From an uncultured Methanosarcinaceae archaeon (GTDB lineage Archaea > Halobacteriota > Methanosarcinia > Methanosarcinales > Methanosarcinaceae): a DNA stretch of 64,000 nt. The notes beneath the pieces were generated by a model. It was given only the letters and a program-made list of their open reading frames with translations. It was not told the origin of the DNA and did not search any database. Both the position numbers and the translations under genes were made by a program. Location: positions 160,001-224,000 of the forward strand of contig CAVTET010000004.1 of assembly GCA_963733675.1 (NCBI GenBank), written 5' to 3'. Positions 59,021 to 64,000 of this stretch are shown piece by piece (the first letter of the stretch is position 1; the number at the start of each line of letters is the position of its first letter).

Positions 59021-59460
59021 GGCTTTGTCCTATAAAATCAATCCATCAAAATTTGTTCATCGGACCTTAGTAAAGAAAGCTATAGGTATTTTTTTCTTTA
59101 AAGGATGAATAGTTACCAATTTATAGTAAAAAATTAGAGGATCTAGTGATTTGGATAGAAAAATAATTTAGAATTAAAGGATAAATATGAAACCTGAAGG
59201 CTACCAAAATAGAATTAATATATGGATATGTATATATATAAGAATATAGATTATATAGGTGCAAATATACATATCATAATTTAATTTTATTAAGATAGCA
59301 TGCATACAAATTATAAAAAAATATGATCACAAACAAGTACGATGATACTTAAACTATTACTTCATTTCGCATTGATTTTGCATAGAGATTTTGGAGAGGA
59401 AATTTCAACAAAATATTGAGAAGCCTTTTTTTAAATGAAGATGTTGAGCAAATCAAACTT

Positions 59461-59554
59461 GAGAGGATCATCGATAAACTTTTGATTTTCATGAATCATT
59501 TATACACTATTTATAAACATATAGCGAAATTTATGGGTTTATCGAAATCCTCTA
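59461..59554. mobile_element. MITE family 1, copy K
   Basis: AGAGGATCATCGATAAAC ... GGGTTTATCGAAATCCTCTA. Confidence 0.8.
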
Positions 59555-60144
59555 TTAATTGGGTTACATATTAAAAATCAATCTGTTCCAAATTTAGATT
59601 GAAAAGAAATTTTAACAGTTGTAAACCACCTTCAAATCAACTTATAGGCTCAAAAAACATTTTTAAATTATTCAGGAGAAGTGAAAAAACACAAAAGATA
59701 TAATATAGAACTATAGAATTGCGAAAAACAATTTATTTCTTGATTTACTTCAAAAATCCAGAATCTAGTTTTAATCATTGAACCTGTACTCTTTTATTCG
59801 AGGCAATAGTAAAAGTAAAAAATGACTATTTAAAAACAGCGATCAAAAGAACAAAAGTGGATATTAACCATAATTATATCTAGCGCAAGGGTAATAAAAT
59901 AACTAATTACAGAAGTTAAGGCTTAAATAAAGACCGGGAATGGGGATGAAGCCTGTTTATTCAGTAATGAGAATAAAATTTTAAAGGCTTTTTGCTGATT
60001 TTAAACCCCAAACATATTTCTTGCTATAATAAATCTTGCTACAATAAAATTTCCGTAAAAAAATAACTCGAATACTAAAAACTAATCTAGAACAGTTAAA
60101 CGGCATAATTTAACCATATTTTGAAAGAAAACAGTAGAGGTAAC

Positions 60145-60405
60145 ATGTGTATAGCTATTCCTGGAAAAATTACGCATATAGTAAATGAAAACACTGCCAT
60201 TGTCAACATGGGTGGAATCTGTAGAAACGTAAATATGGATCTAATGGGAGGTGCAAGCGAAGCCATGCTCGGGAAACATGTCCTCGTCCATGTGGGATAC
60301 GCAATATCTGAAATATCGGAAGAAGAAAGTGAAGAAACGATGCACCTTCTCAAGCAGATCGCAGGTCTTGAAGATATAGATACCTTTGAAAATGAATCTC
60401 AATGA
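60145..60405 (+). CDS. hypC: Hydrogenase maturation chaperone
   Basis: MCIAIPG start at 60145, VLVHVGYAI. Confidence 0.95.
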   Translation: MCIAIPGKITHIVNENTAIVNMGGICRNVNMDLMGGASEAMLGKHVLVHVGYAISEISEEESEETMHLLKQIAGLEDIDTFENESQ

Positions 60406-61543
60406 AGAAGGGATACTGATTAAAATGGAAAACGGAAATTCTCCTTCAATATCAGCTATTACTAAACTTGAAAAAAAACTCCTGGAAAGAATTGGGAATT
60501 CAAAGATATCGCTTCGCATAATGCATGTATGTGGAACGCACGAGAGGACTATTGCAAAAAATGGGCTTAGAAGCGTGCTTCCAAAAAGTATTGAAGTTAT
60601 TAGCGGCCCTGGATGCCCGGTCTGTGTCACTCCGGGAGAAGACATAGATATTGCAATCGCCCTTGCGAGAAGCGGAATGACTGTTGTCACCTTCGGAGAT
60701 ATGATGAGAGTCCCGGGTTCTTCAGAAAGTTTGCTGGATTCAAAATCTGAAGGGACAGATGTAAGGATGGTCTATAGCATTGACGATGCTGTTGCCCTTG
60801 CAGAAAAAAAGCCAGAACTCGAAATAGTCTTTTTGGGGATAGGCTTCGAAACCACAGTTCCTGCAAATGCTGCTTCCCTTTTGAGAAATACCCCCGATAA
60901 CTTTAGCCTCCTCACCTCTCAGAAGAGGACGCCTCCCGCAATAGAGCTCCTGGCCAATGGTACAGAAGTTGATGCCTTTATTGCTCCAGGGCATGTAGCG
61001 ACAATTATAGGCACAAAACCCTTTGAACCTCTTGCAAAGAAGGGTTTTCCTGTTGTTATTAGCGGTTTTGAGGTCAGAGATATTCTCCTTGGGATAAACA
61101 TGTTACAAATACAGGTAGAGGAAGGATTCTCAAGGGTGGACAACGGCTACTCAAGAGTTGTAAAACAGGACGGAAACCTGGTAGCTTTAGAAATGATGGG
61201 CAAAGTATTCGAAACTTCGGATTCTGAATGGAGAGGTATCGGGAGAATAGAGAATTCAGGGCTGGTACTCAGGAAAAAGTTTGAAGAAAAAGATGCAGCA
61301 AAGAAGTACATAGATATCTATGCCTCTTTAGTTAAGGATATTCGAAAAAAAGCAGAAATAAAAGGCAAAAAGTGTTGTATTTGCGCAGCTATCCTCACAG
61401 GGAAAGCAAAACCTCCCCAATGTCCTAACTTCGGACAAACATGCACTCCACGCAGCCCCGCTGGGCCATGTATGATCAGCCAAGAGGGAATGTGTTATAA
61501 CTGGTTAAAATATTTGAGGGTAGGGGGTAGTGAACTTGCATGA
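60386..61543 (+). CDS. hypD: Hydrogenase maturation protein
   Basis: HVCGTHE, GPGCPVC, GFETT, PGHV, GPCMISQEGMC. Exact start uncertain. Confidence 0.95.
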   Translation: MKMNLNEEGILIKMENGNSPSISAITKLEKKLLERIGNSKISLRIMHVCGTHERTIAKNGLRSVLPKSIEVISGPGCPVCVTPGEDIDIAIALARSGMTVVTFGDMMRVPGSSESLLDSKSEGTDVRMVYSIDDAVALAEKKPELEIVFLGIGFETTVPANAASLLRNTPDNFSLLTSQKRTPPAIELLANGTEVDAFIAPGHVATIIGTKPFEPLAKKGFPVVISGFEVRDILLGINMLQIQVEEGFSRVDNGYSRVVKQDGNLVALEMMGKVFETSDSEWRGIGRIENSGLVLRKKFEEKDAAKKYIDIYASLVKDIRKKAEIKGKKCCICAAILTGKAKPPQCPNFGQTCTPRSPAGPCMISQEGMCYNWLKYLRVGGSELA

Positions 61544-61952
61544 ACTTTCAATTGCTTGTGAGATCTTTGAACAAGTAATTAATTCAGCTACATCTCACAG
61601 AGCAACGAAAGTTAAGCAAGTGACTCTCCAGATTGGAAGGTTAACACACAATAATCCTGAACAACTGAGTTTCTGCTTCAAAGCCATTGCAGAGGGAAGC
61701 ATTGCAGAAGATGCAGATTTCAGTGTAGAAATGATACCACCTTCGCTTGAATGTGAGTGTGGATATGAGGGAACTGTGAGCAAATCACAGATCCGAGAAA
61801 GCAGCGAACTCAAAAGCGAGCTTCTTGCTTATACAGCAGCTATGGAATGTCCAATTTGTGGAAAACTGGCCCATATTATAGGCGGAAGAGAATTGATAAT
61901 TAAAAGCATTGAGATCGAAACAAAAGACGAAGATTTAGCTGAAGACAGGTAA
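61536..61952 (+). CDS. hypA: Hydrogenase nickel chaperone
   Basis: MHE start (TTG at 61536), CEC...CPICG, GRELII. Confidence 0.93.
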   Translation: MHELSIACEIFEQVINSATSHRATKVKQVTLQIGRLTHNNPEQLSFCFKAIAEGSIAEDADFSVEMIPPSLECECGYEGTVSKSQIRESSELKSELLAYTAAMECPICGKLAHIIGGRELIIKSIEIETKDEDLAEDR

Positions 61953-61976
61953 AAATAAGCCTTGAAGTGATATATT

Positions 61977-62645
61977 ATGTTAATGCATGTAATCCATATG
62001 GAATACGACGTTTTCAAAGCAAACGATAAAATTGCTGGAAAAAATAGACAAAATCTTGACAAACATCATATCTTTTCAGTCAATGTCATGGGAGCAATAG
62101 GATCTGGAAAAACAACTCTAATTGAGGAGGCAATTAAACATCTTAAAGGGAAGTATAAAATAGCTGTAATTGCAGGAGATGTAATCGCGGAAATGGACGC
62201 TTCCCGTTTTAGGGAACTCGGGGTACCGACAATTCCTGTAAATACTGGGAAAGAGTGCCATCTGGATGCAAAGCTATTGGAAAAGGCCCTTAATGAAATA
62301 GACCTTGAAAACACTGATATCCTTTTAATTGAAAACGTAGGCAATTTAATCTGCCCTGTGGACTTCAAACTAGGAGAGCACCTCAGGATAGTAATCGTAA
62401 GTGTAACAGAGGGAGATGATATCATCCTCAAGCATCCGATGATCTTTAAGACTGCAGACCTTGCAATCATAAATAAAGTTGATATTGCATATGCAGTTGA
62501 CTGTAATACAAAGAAAATGCAAGAGGATATTCTTTCCTTAAATCCTGATGTTCCTGTTATCCTGACTTCGAAACACGACTTTAAAAGTCTGGAAACCTGG
62601 ATTAGCTTTATCGAGCTTAGCTTCAAGAAAAATGCGGAGAAATAA
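61977..62645 (+). CDS. hypB: Hydrogenase nickel-insertion GTPase
   Basis: GAIGSGKTT, ECHLDA, ENVGNLICP, NKVD. Confidence 0.95.
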   Translation: MLMHVIHMEYDVFKANDKIAGKNRQNLDKHHIFSVNVMGAIGSGKTTLIEEAIKHLKGKYKIAVIAGDVIAEMDASRFRELGVPTIPVNTGKECHLDAKLLEKALNEIDLENTDILLIENVGNLICPVDFKLGEHLRIVIVSVTEGDDIILKHPMIFKTADLAIINKVDIAYAVDCNTKKMQEDILSLNPDVPVILTSKHDFKSLETWISFIELSFKKNAEK

Positions 62646-62686
62646 GATATATTAGGAGAGCAAAAAGCGGGAAAAAGGAGACGTAT

Positions 62687-63733
62687 ATGAAACCCGATAC
62701 CATTTCTCTTGAGCATGGTGCAGGCGGAGAGATCATGCAGGCACTGATAAAAGATATAATCCTTAAAAACTTCCACAACAAAAGTGCAGGTTCTGTTGGG
62801 CTCGAAAACCTTGATGATGGGTCCACTGTCAGGCTTGAGAATTTCAATCCCGCATCCGAACTCGTCCTGACTACTGACAGTTATGTGATAACACCTTCCT
62901 TTTTCCCAGATACTAATATAGGGAGACTTGCAGTTGCAGGCACAATCAATGACCTCACTGTTATGGGAGCAAAACCACTTGCTCTTACCTGTGCTGTCGT
63001 AGTTCCTGAAGGCTTTTCACTCCAGAAATTTGAAGAGATAATCAAAACAATGGATGAAACTGCTTCAGAAGTTGGCGTGCCTATAATAACTGGAGATACA
63101 AAGACGGTCGAGAAAACAGCACTTGATTCTATTATCTTGAACACTGCAGGTCTGGGTATTACTGATAGCCCTGTAAGAGATTCGGGGCTCAGCCCAGGAG
63201 ACAGAGTCCTAGTCACAGGCACTGTTGGAGACCATGGGATTTCTCTTATAGTCCACAGGGGAGGTTTTGACTTCGATACCGACCTGGTCTCAGATTCGGC
63301 TCCCTTATGGGATCTTATAAAGCCTATTTTGAAGCTTAGAACACTAGAAGGAGAGCCTGTTGTCACGGCAATGAAAGATCCAACGCGTGGCGGGCTTGCA
63401 AACTCCTTGAACGAAATGGCAACAAAATCCAGAACAGGTATCCTTATTGAAGAAGACTGGATCCCATTCAAGCCTGCAGTTTCCGCGGCCTGCGAGATGC
63501 TGGGTCTGGATCCTCTCGAAGTTGCAAATGAAGGAAAAGCAATAATTGGGATAAAGTCCGGCTTCGAAGAAGAGGTTCTCTCAATTCTTAGGCGGCACCC
63601 TTACGGCAGAAATGCCGCTATTATAGGGGAAGTTACTGCAGAAAACAAAGGAGAAGTAATCCTGAAGAACCGTTTCGGTGGCATGCGCTATGTAGATATG
63701 CCTTCCGGAGATCCGATTCCACGCGTATGTTAA
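62687..63733 (+). CDS. hypE: Hydrogenase maturation protein
   Basis: HGAGG, TTDS, GDTK, DPTRGG, C-terminal PRVC. Confidence 0.95.
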   Translation: MKPDTISLEHGAGGEIMQALIKDIILKNFHNKSAGSVGLENLDDGSTVRLENFNPASELVLTTDSYVITPSFFPDTNIGRLAVAGTINDLTVMGAKPLALTCAVVVPEGFSLQKFEEIIKTMDETASEVGVPIITGDTKTVEKTALDSIILNTAGLGITDSPVRDSGLSPGDRVLVTGTVGDHGISLIVHRGGFDFDTDLVSDSAPLWDLIKPILKLRTLEGEPVVTAMKDPTRGGLANSLNEMATKSRTGILIEEDWIPFKPAVSAACEMLGLDPLEVANEGKAIIGIKSGFEEEVLSILRRHPYGRNAAIIGEVTAENKGEVILKNRFGGMRYVDMPSGDPIPRVC

Positions 63734-64000
63734 CCGAGTTGTACCTATATAATTGGGATTCAGCATCTTACGGTTCGTTTTGCTAATTCAAGTGAACTTA
63801 TTTATTTATCTATTTTTATTTATTTTTGTGACCTATCAACTTTAAGTTCTCAACTAATTTTTGAAAGGAGGGGATTTATCAGTGTATCATAACTATACCT
63901 AAAAATGTGGTTTTTAATTTTTCAAATATGTGTAATTGTAATTTATACAAAACTGATAAACACAACTTAATAGTTAGCAATTACAGAAAATGAGCTTCAG

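Noticed and set aside
52928-63733. Functional linkage of vht/hyp with the anf cluster for H2 recycling
   Set aside because: About 46 kb apart with housekeeping genes between. vht-hyp is an ordinary Methanosarcina locus.

Overview
AT-rich chromosomal window, most consistent with a Methanosarcina-type methanogenic archaeon (archaeal eIF2-gamma/Rpo7/Spt4/S24e/S27ae, PolD small subunit, aRF1, EgsA, PorCDAB, methanophenazine-type VhtGACD hydrogenase with hyp genes). Bases 1-6.4 kb hold an Fe-only nitrogenase operon (anfH, two NifI-type PII genes, anfDGK, anfO, one partial ORF). Bases ~7.2-14.85 kb hold the most unusual feature, a small integrative element. It carries a tyrosine integrase, a divergent wHTH/AbrB regulator pair with repeated operator-like sites, a bacterial/phage-type family A DNA polymerase fused to a damaged upstream partner gene, five palindromic ~22-bp iteron-like repeats, a small wHTH protein and a terminase-small-subunit-like gene. 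It has no primase, helicase or capsid gene. Its integrase end abuts an orphan 3' fragment of a DinB/Pol IV gene whose 5' part is not in the window. The rest is housekeeping genes separated by long decayed intergenic tracts with about 11 copies of a ~93-bp MITE, IS200/IS605 and IS1634 remnants, pseudogenes and two perfect palindromes (238-bp and 24-bp arms). No CRISPR array, tRNA or rRNA gene was recognised. All calls come from reading the sequence by eye and no database searches were run.
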